NCBI GenBank assembly: GCA_964016885.1 | Contig: OZ024745.1 | Location: 86,862,001 to 86,926,000 of the forward strand | Length of the DNA stretch: 64,000 nt | Origin: Eledone cirrhosa | Taxonomy: Eukaryota | Reading direction: 5' to 3' | Shown here: piece after piece, positions 25,270 through 43,200 of the stretch | How positions within the stretch are numbered: the stretch's first letter is position 1 | Layout: each line of letters begins with the position of its first letter | Made by a program: the position numbers and the translations under genes | Notes under the pieces: generated by a model | Told to the model about the DNA's origin: nothing | The model's input: the letters and a program-made list of their open reading frames with translations, nothing else | Databases searched by the model: none

Positions 25270-28200
25270 TACACTGTATCTAAGGCTGTAATATCCAATA
25301 TATCATTTATTATGTTACACTGTATCTACGGCTATAGTATCCAAATAACATTTATTATGTTACACTGTATCTAGTACTGTACTATCCAATGTACCATTTA
25401 CTATGTTACACTGTATCTATGGCTATACTATCCAATATACCATTTATTATATAACACTGTATCTAGGGCTGTACTATCCAATATACCATTTATTATGTTA
25501 CACTGTATCTATGATACACTATCCAATATACCATTTATTATGTTACACTTTATCCAGGGCTGTACTATCCAATGTACAATTTATTATGTTACACTGTATC
25601 TAGGACTGTACTATCCAAATATACCATTTATTACATTACATTGTATCTAGGGCTGTACTACCCAATATAACATGTATTATATTACACTGTATCTAGGGCT
25701 GTACTATCCACTGTACCATTTATTATATTACACTGTATCTAGTACTGTACTATCCAATGTAGCATTTATTATGTTACAATATATCTAGACTGTACTATCC
25801 AACGTACCATTTATTATATTACACTGTATGTAGGACTGTACTATACAATATACCATTTATTATATTACACTGTATCTAGGGCTGTACTATCCAATGTACC
25901 ATTTATTGTACTATCCAATATACTATGTTACACTATATCTAGGGCTTTAATATCCAATGTACCATTTATTACATAACACTGTATCCAGGGCTCTACTACC
26001 CAATGTACCATGTATTATGTTACACTGTTTCTAGGGCTGTTACTATCCAATATACCATTTATTATCTTACACTATATCTAGGGCTGTTCTATATAATGTA
26101 CCATTCATTATATTACAGTGTGTCTAGGGCTGTACTATATAATGTACCATTCATTATATTACAGTGTGTCTAGGGCTGTACTATCCAATATAGCATTTAT
26201 TATATTACACTGTATATAGGGCTGTACTATCCAATGTAGCATTTAATATGTTACACTATATCTAGACTGTACTATCCAATGTACCATTTATTATATTACA
26301 CTGTTTGTAGGACTGTACTATACAATATACCATTTATTATATTACACTGTATCTAGGACTGTACTATCCAATATACTATTTATTACATTACACTGTATCT
26401 AGGGCTCTACTACCCAATGTACCATGTATTATGTTACACTGTTTCTAGGACTGTACTATCCAATATACGATTTATTTTGTTACACTATATCTAGCGCTGT
26501 ACTATCCAGTATACCATTTATTATTTTACACTATATCTAGGACTGTACTATCCAATATACCATTTATTACATTACATTGTATCTAGTGCTCTACTATACA
26601 ATGTACCATTCATTAAGGGCTGTACTATCCAATGTACATTTATTATATTACATTGTATCTAGGGCTGTACTATCCAATGTACCATTTATTATATTACACT
26701 ATATCTAGGGCTGTAATATCCAATATACTATTTATTATATTACACTGTATCTAGGTCTGTAATACCCAATGTACCATCTATTATATTACACTGTATCTAG
26801 GAGTGTACTATCCAATATACCATTTATTATATTACACTGTATCTAGGGCTGTACTATCCAATGCATCATTTATTATATTACACTGTATCTAGGGCTGTAC
26901 TATCCAATAAACCATTTATTATATTACACTATATCAAGGGCTCTACTATCCAATATACCATTTATTATATTTCACTGTATCTAGTACTGTACTATCCAAT
27001 GTAGCATTTATTATTTTACACTATATCAAGGCTGTACTATCCAATATACCATTTATTGTATTACACTGTATCTAGGGCTGTACTATCCAATGTAGTATTT
27101 ATTATGTTACACTGTATCTAGGGCTGTACTATACAATGTACCATTCATTATATTACAGTGTATCTTGGGCTGTACTATCCAATATACCATTTATTATATT
27201 ACACTGTATCTAGGGCTGTACTATCCAATGTAGCATTTATTATGTTACACTGTATCTAGGGTTGTACTATACAATGTACCATTCATTATATTACCGTGTA
27301 TCTATGGCTGTACTATCCAAATATACCATTTATTACATTACACTGTATCTAGGGCTGTACTATCCAATGTACCATTCATTATATTACAGTGTATCTATGG
27401 TCGTACTATCAAATATACCATTTATTATATTACACTGTTTCTGCACTGTATCTAGGGCTGTATTATCCAATGTAGCATTTAGTATGTTACACTGTATCTA
27501 GGGCTGTACAATACAATGTACCATTTATTATATTACAGTGTATCTAGGGCTGTACTATACAAATATACCATTTATTACATTACACTGTATCTAGGGCTGT
27601 ACTACCCAATATAACATGTATTATATTACATTGTATCTAGGGCTGTACTATCCACTGTACTATTTAATATATTACACTTTATCTAGTACTGTACTATCCA
27701 ATGTAGCATTTATTATATTACACTGTATGTAGGACTGTACTATACAAGATACCATTTATTATATTACACCATATCTAGGTCTCTACTATCCAATGTACCA
27801 TATATTATATTACACTATATCTAGGGCTGTACTATGCAATATACCATTTATTATGTTACACTGTATCTAGGGCAGTACTATCCAATGTACCATTTATTAT
27901 ATTAAACTGTAACAAGGCTGTACTATCCAATACACCATTTATTATATTACACTGTATCTAGGGTCTGTACTTTCCAATGTACCATTTATTATATTACACT
28001 GTATCTAGGGCTGTACTTTCCAACGTACCATTTATTATATTACACTATATCTAGGGCTGTAATATCCAATATACTATTTATTATATTACACCATATCTAG
28101 GGCTGTACTATCCAATATACCATTTATTATGTTACACTATATCAAGGGCTCTACTATCCAATAAACTATTTATTATATTTCACTGTATCTACTACTGTAC

Positions 28201-31200
28201 TATCCAATGTAGTATTTATTAGTTTACACTATATCTAGGCTGTACTATCCAATATACCATTTATTATATTACACTGTATCTACTACTGTACTATCCAATG
28301 TAGCATTTATTATGTTACACTGTATCTAGGGCTGTACTATCCAATATACAGTTATTATATTACACTGTATCTAGCGATGTACTATCCAACGTACCATTTA
28401 TTATACTACACTATATCTAGGGCTGTAATATCAAATATACTATTTATTATTTTACACTATATCTAGGGCCGTATTATCCAATATACCATTCAATACATTA
28501 TACTGTATCTAGGACTGTACTATCCAATATACCATTTATTATATTACACAGTATCTAGGGCTGTAATATCCAATGTACCATTTATTACACTGTGTAAAGG
28601 CTGTAATATCCAATATACCATTTATTATATTACACTGTATCTAGGGCTGTACTATACAATACACCATTTATTACATTACACTGTATCTAGGGCTGTACTA
28701 TCCAATATACATTTATTATATTACACTGTATCTAGCGATGTACTATCCAATGTACCATTTATTATACTACACTATATCTAGGGCTGTAATATCAAATATA
28801 CTATTTATTATATTACACTATATCTAGGTCTGTAATACCCAATGTACCATTTATTATATTACACTGTATCTAGGAGTGTACTATCCAATACACCATTTAT
28901 TATATTACACTGTATCTAGGAGTATACTATCCAATATACCATTTATTACGTTACACTATATTAAGGGCTCTACTATCCAATATACAATTTATTATATTTC
29001 AATGTATCTAGTAGTGTACTATCCAATATACCATTTATTATTTTACACTATATCAAGGCTGTACTATCCAAGATACCATTTATTATATTACATTGTATCC
29101 AGGGCGGTATTATACAATGTAGCATTTATTATGTTACACTGTATCTAGGGCTGTACTATACAATGTACCATTCATTATATTACAGTGTATCTAGGGCTGT
29201 ACTATCCAATATACCATTTATTATATTACACTGTATGTAGGACTGTACTATACAATATACCATTTAATATATTACACTCTATCTTGGTCTGTACTATCCA
29301 ATGTACCATATATTATATTACACTGTATCTGGGAGTGTACTATCCAATACACCATTTATTATATTACACTGTATCTAGGGCTGTACTATCCAATGCACGA
29401 TTTATTATATTACACTATATCTAGGGCTGTACTATCCAATGTAGCATTTATTTTGTTACACTGTATCAAGGGCTGTAATATACGATATACCATTCATTAT
29501 ATTACAGTGTATCTAGGGCTGTACTATCCAATGTACCATTCATTATATTACAGTGTATCTAGGGCTGTACTTTCAAACATACCATTTATTATATTACACT
29601 TTATCTAAGGCTGTACTATCCAATGTAGCATTTATTATGTTACACTGTATCTAGGGCTGTACTATCCACTGTACCATTTATTATATTACACTGTATCTAG
29701 TGTTGTACTATCCAATGTAGCATTTATTAAGTTACACTATATCTAGACTGTACTATCCAATGTACCATTTATTATATTACACTGTATGTAGGACTGTACT
29801 ATACAATATACCATTTAATATATTACACTCTATCTTGGTCTGTACTATCCAATGTACCATATATTATATTACACTGTATCTAGGGCTGTACTATCCAATG
29901 TACCTTTTATTATATTAAACTGTATCAAGGCTGTACTATCCAATATACCATTTAATATATTACACTGTATCTAGGGCTGTACTATCCAATATACATTTAT
30001 TATATTACACTGTATCTAGCGCTGTACTATCCAATGTACCATTTATTATATAACACTATATCGAGGGCTGAAATATCCAGTATACTATTTATTATATTAC
30101 ACTACATCTAGGTCTGTAATACCCAATGTACCATTTATTATATTACACTGTATCTGGGAGTGTACTATCCAATGAACCATTTATTATATTACACTGTATC
30201 TAGGGCTGTACTATCCAATGCACCATTTATTATATTACACTATATCTAGGGCTGTACTATCCAATGTAGCATTTATTTTGTTACACTGTATCAAGGGCTG
30301 TAATATACGATATACCATTCATTATATTACAGTGTATCTAGGGCTGTACTATCCAATGTACCATTCATTATATTACAGTGTATCTAGGGCTGTACTTTCA
30401 AACATACCATTTATTATATTACACTGTATCTAAGGCTGTACTATCCACTGTACCATTTATTATATTACACTGTATCTAGTGCTGTACTATCCAATGTAGC
30501 TTTTATTATGTTACACTATATCTAGACTGTACTATCCAATGTACCATTTATTATATTACACTGTATGTAGGACTGTACTATACAATATACCATTTAATAT
30601 ATTACACTCTATCTTGGTCTGTACTATCCAATGTACCATATATTATATTACACTGTATCTAGGGCTGTACTATCCAATGTACCTTTTATTATATTAAACT
30701 GTATCAAGGCTGTACTATCCAATATACCATTTAATATATTACACTGTATCTAGGGCTGTACTATCCAATATACATTTATTATATTACACTGTATCTAGCG
30801 CTGTACTATCCAATGTACCATTTATTATATAACACTATATCTAGGGCTGAAATATCCAGTATACTATTTATTATATTACACTACATCTAGGTCTGTAATA
30901 CCCAATGTACCATTTATTATATTACACTGTATCTGGGAGTGTACTATCCAATGAACCATTTATTATATTACACTGTATCTAGGGCTGTACTATCCAATGC
31001 ACCATGTATTATATTACACTGTATCTAGGGCTGTACTATACAATGTACCATTTATTATATTTCACTGTATCAAGGCTGTACTATCCAATATACTATTTAT
31101 TATATTACACTACATCTAGGTCTGTAATACCCAATGTACCATATATTATATTACACTGTATCTGGGAGTTTACTATCCAATACACCATTTATTATATTAC

Positions 31201-34200
31201 ACTGTATCTAGGGCTGTACTATCCAATATACCATTTATTATATTTCACTGTATCAAGGCTGTACTATCCAATATACTATTTATTATATTACACTACATCT
31301 AGGTCTGTAATACCCAATGTACCATATATTATATTACACTGTATCTGGGAGTGTACTATCCAATACACCATTTATTATATTACAATGTATCTAGGGCTGT
31401 ACTATACAATGTACCATTTATTATATTACACTGTATCTAGGGCTGAAATATCCAATATACTATTAATTATATTACACTACATCAAGGTCTGTAATACACA
31501 ATGTACCATTTATTATATTACACAGTATCTGGGAGTGTACTATCCAATACACCATTTATTATATTACACTGTATCTAGGGCTGTACTATCCAATATACCA
31601 TTTATTATGTTACACTATATCAAGGGCTCTGCTATCCAATATACCATTTATTATATTTCACTGTATCTAGTACTGTACCATCCAATGTAGCATTTATTAT
31701 TTTACACTATATCTAGGCTGTACTATCCAATATACCATTTATTATATTACACTGTATCTAGGGCTGTACTATCCAATGTAGCATTTATTATGTTACACTG
31801 TATATTGGGCTGTACAATACAATGTACCATTCATTATATTACAGTGTATCTAGGGCTGTACTATCCAATATACCATTTATTATATTACACTGTATCTAGG
31901 GCTGTACTACCCAATACACCATGTATTATATTACAATGTATCTAGGGCTGTACTATCCACTGTGCCATTTATTATATTACACTGTATCTAGTGCTGTACT
32001 ATCCAATGTAGCATTTAATATGTTACACTATATCTAGACTGTACTATCCAATGTACCATTTATTATATTACACTGTATGTAGGACTGTACTATACAATAT
32101 ACCATTTATTATATTACACTGTATCTAGTGCTGTACTATCCAATGTAGCATTTAATATGTTACACTATATCTAGGTCTGTACTATCCAATGTACCATATA
32201 TTATATTACACTATATCTAGGGCTGTACTATGCAATATACAATTTATTATGTTACACTGTATCTAGGCTGTACTATCCAATGTACCATTTATTATATTAC
32301 ACTGTATGTACGACTGTACTATCCAACATACCATTTATTACGTTACACTGTATCTAAGACTGTACTATCCAATGTAGCATTTATTATGTTACACTGTATC
32401 TAGGGCTATACTATACAATATACATTTATTATATGACACTGTATCTAGCGCTGTACTATCCAATATACCATTTATTACATTACACTGTATCTAAGGCTCT
32501 ACTACCCAACGCACCATGAATTATATTAAACTGTATATAGGGCTGTACTATACAATGTACCATTTATTATATTAAACTGTATCTAGGGCTGTACTATACA
32601 ATGTAGCATTTATTATGTTAAACTATATCTAGACTGTACTATCCAATGTACCATTTATTATATTACACTGTATCTAGGGCTGTACTATCCAATGTAGCAT
32701 TTATTATGTTACACTGTATCTAGGGCTGTACTATACAATGTACCATTCATTATATTACAGTGTATGTAGGACTGTACTATACAATATACAATTTATTATA
32801 TTACACTGTATCAAGGTCAGTAGTATCCAATGTACCATTTATTATATTAAACTGTATCAAGGCTGTACTATCCAATATACCATTTATTATATTACACTAC
32901 ATCTAGGTCTGTAATACCCAATGTACCATATATTATATTACACTGTATCTGGGAGTGTACTATCCAATACACCATTTATTATATTACACTGTATCTAGGG
33001 CTGTACTATCCAATGCACCATTTATTATATTACACTATATCTAGGGCTGTACTATACAATGTACCATTTATTATATTACACTGTATCTAGGGCTGAAATA
33101 TCCAATATACTATTTATTATATTACACTACATCAAGGTCTGTAATACACAATGTACCATTTATTATATTACACAGTATCTGGGAGTGTACTATCCAATAC
33201 ACCATTTATTATATTACACTGTATCTAGGGCTGTACTATCCAATATACCATTTATTATGTTACACTATATCAAGGGCTCTACTATCCAATATACCATTTA
33301 TTATATTTCACTGTATCTAGTCCTGTACCATCCAATGTAGCATTTATTATTTTACACTATATCTAGGCTGTACTATCCAATATACCATTTATTATATTAC
33401 ACTGTATCTAGGGCTGTACTATCCAATGTAGCATTTATTATGTTACACTGTATCTTGGGCTGTACTATACAATGTACCATTCATTATATTACACTGTATC
33501 TAGGACTGTACTATCCAATATACCATTTATTATGTTACACTATATCAAGGGCTCTACTATCCAATATACCATTTATTATATTTCACTGTATCTAGTACTG
33601 TACTATCCAATGTAGTATTTATTATATTACACTGTATCTAGGGCTGTACTATCCAATGTTCCATTTAATATATTACACTGTATGTACGAATGTACTATCC
33701 AATATACCATTTATTATGTTACACTGTATCTAGGACTGTACTATCCAATATACCATTTATTACATTACACTGTATCTAGGTCTCTACTACCCAATGTACC
33801 ATTTATTATATTACAGTGTATCTAGGGCTGTACTATCAAATATACCATTTATTATATTACACTGTATCTAGGGCTGTACTATCCAATTCAGCACTTATTA
33901 TATTACAGTGTATCTAGGGCTGTACTATCAAATATACCATTTATTATATTACACTGTATCTAGGGCTGTACTATCCAATGTAGCATTTATTATGTTACAC
34001 TCTATCTAGTGCTGTACTATACAATGTACCATTCATTATATTACAGTGTATCTAGGGCTGTACTATCCAAATATACCATTTATTACTTTACACTGTATCT
34101 AGGGCTGTACTACCCAATATAACATGTTATACATTACACTGTATCTAGGGCTGTACTATCCACTGTACCATTTATTATATTACACTGTATCTAGTGCTGT

Positions 34201-37200
34201 ACTATCCAATGTAGCATTTATTATGTTAAACTATATCTAGACTGTACTATCCAACGTACCATTTATTATATTACACTGTATGTAGGACTGTACTATACAA
34301 TATACAATTTATTATATTACACTGTATCTAGGTCTGTAGTATCCAATGTACCATTTATTATATTAAACTGTATCAAGGCTGTACTATCCAATATACTATT
34401 TATTATATTACACTACATCTAGGTCTGTAATACCCAATGTACCATATATTATATTACACTGTATCTGGGAGTGTACTATCCAATACACCATTTATTATAT
34501 TACACTGTATCTAGGGCTGTAGTATCCAATGCACCATTTATTATATTACACTATATCTAGGGCTGTACTATACAATGTACCATTTATTATATTACACTGT
34601 ATCTAGGGCTGAAATATCCAATATACTATTTATTATATTACACTACATCAAGGTCTGTAATACACAATGTACCATTTATTATATTACACAGTATCTGGGA
34701 GTGTACTATCCAATACACCATTTATTATATTACAGTGTATCTTGGGCTCTACTATCCAATATACCATTTATTATATTTCACCGTATCTAGTACTGTACCA
34801 TCCAATGTAACATTTATTATTTTACACTATATCTAGGCTGTACTATCCAATATACCATTTATAATATTACACTGTATCTAGGGCTGTACTATCCAATGTA
34901 CCATTCATTATATTACACTGTATCTAGGGCTGTACTATCCAATATACCATTTATTATATTACACTGTATCTAGGGCTGTACTATACAATGCACCATTCAT
35001 TATATTACAGTGTATCTTGGGCTGTACTATCCAATATACCATTTATTATGTTACACTGTATCTAGGGCTGAACTATACAATGTACCATTCATTATATTAC
35101 AGTGTATCTTGGGCTGTACTATCCAATATACCATTTATTATATTACACTGTATCTAGGGCTGTACTATACAATGTACCATTCATTATATTACAGTGTATC
35201 TTGTGGATTGGCAGTATCGGTAGAAGGTCGGACGCCATGCTTTCCAGCATAGTTACGTCCCTTTACGATCTGAGTTCAAATCCCACCAAGGTTGACTTTG
35301 CCTTTCATCATTACGGGGTCGATAAAATAAAGTACCAGTAATGCACTGGGTAATTTGCTGGCCTTGTGCCTAAAGTAGAAACAATTATATTACAGTGTAT
35401 CTTGGGCTGTACTATCCAATATACCATTTATTATATTACACTGTATCTAGGGCTGTACTATCCAATGTAGCATTTATTATGTTACACTGTATCTTGGGCT
35501 GTACTATACAATGTACCATTCATTATATTACAGTGTATCTAGGGCTGTACTATCCAATATACCATTTATTATATTACACTGTATCTAGGGCTGTACTACC
35601 CAATAAACCATGTATTATATTACAATGTGTCTAGGGCTGTACTATCCACTGTGCCATTTATTATATTACACTGTATCTAGTGCTGTACTATCCAATGTAG
35701 CATTTAATATGTTACACTATATCTAGACTGTACTATCCAATGTACCATTTATTATATTACACTGTATGTAGGACTATACTATACAATATACCATTTATTA
35801 TATTACACTGTATCTAGTGCTGTACTATCCAATGTAGCATTTAATATGTTACACTATATCTAGGTCTGTACTATCCAATGTACCATATATTATATTACAC
35901 TATATCTAGGGCTGTACTATGCAATATACAATTTATTATGTTACACTGTATCTAGGCTGTACTATCCAATGTACCATTTATTATATTACACTGTATGCAC
36001 GACTGTACTATCCAACATACCATTTATTACGTTACACTGTATCTAAGACTGTACTATCCAATGTAGCATTTATTATGTTACACTGTATCTACGGCTATAC
36101 TATACAATATACATTTATTATATGACACTGTATCTAGAGCTGTACTATCCAATATACCATTTATTACATTACACTGTATCTAAGGCTGTACTACCCAACG
36201 CACCATGAATTATATTAAACTGTATCTAGGGTGTACTATACAATGTACCATTTATTATATTAAACTGTATCTAGGGCTGTACTATCCAATGCTGCATTTA
36301 TTATGTTACACTGTATCTAGGGCTGTACTATACAATGTAGCATTTATTATGTTAAACTATATCTAGACTGTACTATCCAATGTACCATTTATTATATTAC
36401 ACTGTATGTAGGATTGTACTATACAATATACTATTTATTATATTACACTGTATCTAGGTCTATATTATCCAATGTACCATTTATTATATTACACGATATC
36501 TAGGGCTGTAATATCCAATATACTATTTATTATATTACACTACATCTTGGTCTGTAATACCAAATGTACCATTTATTATATTACACTGTATCTGGGAGTG
36601 TACGATCCAATACACCATTTATTATATTACACTGTATCTAGGGCTGTACTAGCCAATGCACCATTTATAATATTACACTATATCTAGGGCTGTACTATAC
36701 AATGTACCATTTATTATATTACACTGTATCTAGGGCTGTACTATCCAATATACATTTATTATATTACACTGTATCTAGCGCTGTACTATCCAATGTACCA
36801 TTTATTATATTACACTATATCTAGGGCTGAAATATCCTATAAACTATTTAATATATTACACTACATCTAGGTCTGTAATACCCAATGTACCATTTATTAT
36901 ATTACACTGTATCTGGTAGTGTACTCTCCAATATTCCATTTATTATGTTACACTATATCATGGGCTCTACTATCCAATATACCATTTATTATATTTCACT
37001 GTATCTTGTACTGTACTATCCAATGTAGCATTTATTATTTTACACTATATCTAGGCTGTACTATCCAATATACCATTTATTATATTACACTGTATCTAGG
37101 GCTGTACTATCCAATGTAGCATTTATTATGTTACACTGTATCTAGGGCTGTAATATACAATGTACCATTCATTATATTACAGTGTATCTTGGGCTGTACT

Positions 37201-40200
37201 ATCCAATACACCATTTATTATATTACTCTGTATCTAGGGCTGTACTATTCAATGTACCATTCATTATATTACAGTGTAACTAGGGCTGTACTATCCAATA
37301 TACCATTCATTATATTACAGTGTATCTTGGGCTGTACTATCCAATATACCATTTATTATATTACACTGTATCTAGGACTGTACTATCCAATGTAGCATTT
37401 ATTATGTTACACTGTATCTTGGCCTGTACTATACAATGTACCATTCATTATATTACAGTGTATCGAGGGCTGTACTATCCAATATACCATTTATTATATT
37501 ACACTGTATCTAGGCCTGTACTACCCAATATACCATTTATTATATTACACTGTATCTAGGGCTGTACTATACAATGTACCATTCATTATATTACAGTGTA
37601 TCTAGAGCTGTACTATACAATGTACCATTCATTATATTACAGTGTATCTAGGGCTGTACTATCCAAATATACCCTTTATTACATTACACTGTATCTAGGG
37701 CTGTACTACCCAATATAACATGTATTATATTACACTGTATCTAGTGCTGTACTATCCAATTTAGCATTTAAAATGTTACACTATATCTCGACTGTACTAT
37801 CCAATGTACCATTTATTATATTACACTGTATGTAGGACTGTACTATACAATATACCATTTATTATATTACACTGTATCTAGGTCTGTACTATCCAATGTA
37901 CCATATATTATATTACACTATATCTAGGGCTGTACTATGCAATATACCATTTATTATGTTACACTGTATCTAGGCTGTACTATCCAGTGTACCATTTATT
38001 ATATTACACTGTATGTACGACTGTACTATCCAATATACCATTTATTATATTACACTGTATCTAGGGCTGTACTATCCAATTTAGCACTTAATATATTACA
38101 GTGTATCTAGGGCTGTACTACCCAATATAACATGTTATACATTACACTGTATCTAGGGCTGTACTATCCACTGTACCATTTATTATATTACACTATATCT
38201 AGTGCTGTACTATCCAATGTAGCATTTATTATGTTAAACTATATCTAGACTGTACTATCCAATGTACCATTTATTATATTACACTGTATGTAGGTCTGTA
38301 GTATCCAATGTACCATTTATTATATTAAACTGTATCAAGGCTGTACTATCCAATATACCATTTATTATATTACACTACATCTAGGTCTGTAATACCCAAT
38401 GTACCATATATTATATTACACTGAATCTGGGAGTGTACTATCCAATACACCATTTATTATATTACACTGTATCTAGGGCTGTACTATCCAATGCACCATT
38501 TATAATATTACACTATATCTAGGGCTGTACTATACAATGTACCATTTATTATATTACACTGTATCTAGGGCTGTACTATCCAATATACATTTATTATAAT
38601 ACACTGTATCTAGCGCTGTACTATCCAATGTACCATTTATTATATTACACTATATCTAGGGCTGAAATATCCTATAAACTATTTAATATATTACACTACA
38701 TCTAGGTCTGTAATACCCAATGTACCATTTATTATATTACACTGTATCTGGTAGTGTACTATCCAATATTCCATTTATTATATTACACTATATCATGGGC
38801 TCTACTATACAATATACCATTTATTATATTTCACTGTATCTTGTACTGTACTATCCAATGTAGCATTTATTATTTTACACTATATCTAGGCTGTACTATC
38901 CAATATACCATTTATTATATTACACTGTAACTAGGGCTGTACTATCCAATGTAGCATTTATTATGTTACACTGTATCTAGGGCTGTAATATACAATGTAC
39001 CATTCATTATATTGCAGTGTATCTAGGGCTGTACTATCCAATACACCATTTATTATATTACACTGTATCTAGGGCTGTACTATACAATGTACCATTCATT
39101 ATATTACAGTGTATCTAGGGCTGTACTATCTAAATATACCATTTATTACATTACACTGTATCTAGGGCTGTACTATCCAATATACCATTCATTATATTAC
39201 AGTGTATCTTGGGCTGTACTATCCAATATACCATTTATTATATTACACTGTATCTAGGACTGTACTATCCAATGTAGCATTTATTATGTTACACTGTATC
39301 TTGGCCTGTACTATACAATGTACCATTCATTATATTATAGTGTATCGAGGGCTGTACTATCTAATATACCATTTATTATATTACACTGTATCTAGGGCTG
39401 TACTACCCAATATACCATTTATTATATTACACTGTATCTAGGGCTGTACTATACAATGTACCATTCATTATATTACAGTGTATCTAGGGCTGTATTATAC
39501 AATGTACCATTCATTATATTACAGTGTATCTAGGGCTGTACTATCCAAATATACCCTTTATTACATTACACTGTATCTAGGGCTGTACTACCCAATATAA
39601 CATGTATTATATTACACTGTATCTAGTGCTGTACTATCCAATGTAGCATTTAAAATGTTACACTATATCTCGACTGTACTATCCAATGTACCATTTATTA
39701 TATTACACTGTATGTAGGACTGTACTATACAATATACCATTTATTATATTACACTGTATCTAGGTCTGTACTATCCAATGTACCATATATTATATTACAC
39801 TATATCTAGGGCTGTACTATGCAATATACCATTTATTATGTTACACTGTATCTAAGCTGTACTATCCAGTGTACCATTTATTATATTACACTGTTTGTAC
39901 GACTGTACTATCCAATATACCATTTATTATATTACACTGTATCTAGGGCTGTACTATCCAATTTAGCACTTATTATATTACAGTGTATCTAGGGCTGTAC
40001 TATCAAATATACCATTTATTATATTACACTGTATCTAGGGCTGTACTACCCAATATAACATGTTATACATTACACTGTATCTAGGGCTGTACTATCCACT
40101 GTACCATTTATTATATTACACTATATCTAGTGCTGTACTATCCAATACACCATTTATTATATTACACTGTATCTAGGGCTGTACTATCCAATGCACCATT

Positions 40201-43200
40201 TATTATATTACACTATATCTAGGGCTGTACTATACAATGTACCATTTATTATATTACACTGTATCTAGGGCTGAAATATCCAATATACTATTTATTATAT
40301 TACACTACATCAAGGTCTGTAATACACAATGTACCATTTATTATATTACACAGTATCTGGGAGTGTACTATCCAATACACCATTTATTATATTACACTGT
40401 ATCTAGGGCTGTACTATCCAATATTCCATTTATTATGTTACACTATATCAAGGGCTCTACTATCCAATATACCATTTATTATATTTCACTGTATCTAGTA
40501 CTGTACCATCCAAGGTAGCATTTATTATTTTACACTATATCTAGGCTGTACTATCCAATATACCATTTATTATATTACACTGTATCTAGGGCTGTACTAT
40601 CCAATGTAGCATTTATTATGTTACACTGTATCTTGGGCTGTACTATACAATGTACCATTCATTATATTACAGTGTATCTAGGACTGTACTATCCAATATA
40701 CCATTTATTATATTACACTGTATCTAGGGCTGTACTACCCAATATACCATGTATTATATTACAATGTATCTAGGGCTGTACTATCCACTGTGCCATTTAT
40801 TATATTACACTGTATCTAGTGCTGTACTATGCAATGTAGCATTTAATATGTTACACTATATCTAGACTGTACTATCCAATGTACCATTTATTATATTACA
40901 CTGTATGTAGGACTGTACTATACAATATACCATTTATTATATTACACTGTATCTAGTGCTGTACAATCCAATGTAGCATTTAATATGTTACACTATATCT
41001 AGGTCTGTACTATCCAATGTACCATATATTATATTACACTATATCTAGGGCTGTACTATGCAATATACAATTTATTATGTTACACTGTATCTAGGCTGTA
41101 CTATCCAATGTACCATTTATTATATTACACTGTATGTACGACTGTACTATGCAACATACCATTTATTACTTTACACTGTATCTAAGAATGTACTATCGAA
41201 TGTAGCATTTAATATGTTACACTGTATCTAGGGCTATACTATACAATATACATTTATTATATGACACTGTATCTAGCGCTGTACTATCCAATATACCATT
41301 TATTACATTACACTGTATCTAAGGCTCTACTACACAACGCACCATGAATTATATTAAACTGTATCTCGGGCTGTACTATACAATGTACCATTTATTATAT
41401 TAAACTGTATCTAGGGCTGTACTATCCAATGCTGCATTTATTATGTTACACTGTATCTAGGGCTGTACTATACAATGTAGCATTTATTATGTTAAACTAT
41501 TACTAGACTGTACTATCCAATGTACCATTTATTATATTACACTGTATGTAGGACTGTACTATACGATATACTATTTATTATATTACACTGTATCTAGGTC
41601 TATATTATCCAATGTACCATTTATTATATTAAACTGTCTCAATGCTGTACTATCCAATATACCATTTATAATATTACACTGTATCTAGGGCTGTACTATA
41701 CAATGTACCATTTATTATATTACACGATATCTAGGGCTGTAATATCCAATATACTATTTATTATATTACACTACATCTAGGTCTGTAATACCCAATGTAC
41801 CATTTATTATATTACACTGTATCTGGGAGTGTACGATCCAATACACCATTTATTATATTACACTGTATCTAGGTCTGTACTATCCAATATACCATATATT
41901 ATATTACACTATATCTAGGGCTGTACTATACAATGTATCATTTATTATATTACACTGTATCTAGGGCTGTACTATCCAATATACATTTATTATATTACAC
42001 TGTATCTAGCGCTGTACTATCCAATGTACCATTTATTATATTACACTATATCTAGGGCTGAAATATCCTATAAACTATTTAATATATTACACTACATCTA
42101 GGTCTGTAATAACCAATGTACCATTTATTATATTACACTGTATCTGGTAGTGTACTATCCAATATTCCATTTATTATGTTACACTATATCATGGGCTCTA
42201 CTATCCAATATACCATTTATTATATTTCACTGTATCTAGTACTGTACTATCCAATGTAGCATTTATTATTTTACACTATATCTAGGCTGTACTATCCAAT
42301 ATACCATTTATTATATTACACTGTATCTAGGGCTGTACTATCCAATGTAGCATTTATTATGTTACACTGTATCTAGGTCTGTACTATACAATGTACCATT
42401 CATTATATTACAGTGTATCTTGGGCTCTACTATCCAATATACCATTTATTATATTACACTGTATCTAGGGCTGTACTATACAATGTACCATTCATTATAT
42501 TACACTGTATCTAGGGCTGTACTATCAAAATATACCATTTATTACATTACACTGTATCTAGGGCTGTACTATCCAATATACCATTCATTATATTACAGTG
42601 TATCGAGGGCTGTACTATACAATATACCATTTATTATATTACACTGTATCTAGGGCTGTACTACCCAATATACCATTTATTATATTACACTGTATCTAGG
42701 GCTCTACTATACAATGTACCATTCATTATATTACAGTGTATCTAGGGCTGCACTATACAATGTACCATTCATTATATTACAGTGTATCTAGGGCTGTACT
42801 ATCCAAATATACCCTTTATTACATTACACTGTATTTAGGGCTGTACTACCCAATATAACATGTATTATATTACACTGTATCTAGTGCTGTACTATCCAAT
42901 GTAGCATTTAATATGTTACACTATATCTAGACTGTACTATCCAATGTACCATTTATTATATTACACTGTATGTATGACTGTACTATACAATATACCATTT
43001 ATTATATTACACTGTATCTAGGTCTGTACTATCCAATGTACCATATATTATATTACACTATATCTAGGGCTGTACTATGCAATATACCATTTATTATGTT
43101 ACACTGTATCTAGGTTGTACTATCCAATGTACCATTTATTATATTACACTGTATGTACGACTGTACTATCCAATATACCATTTATTACGTTACACTGTAT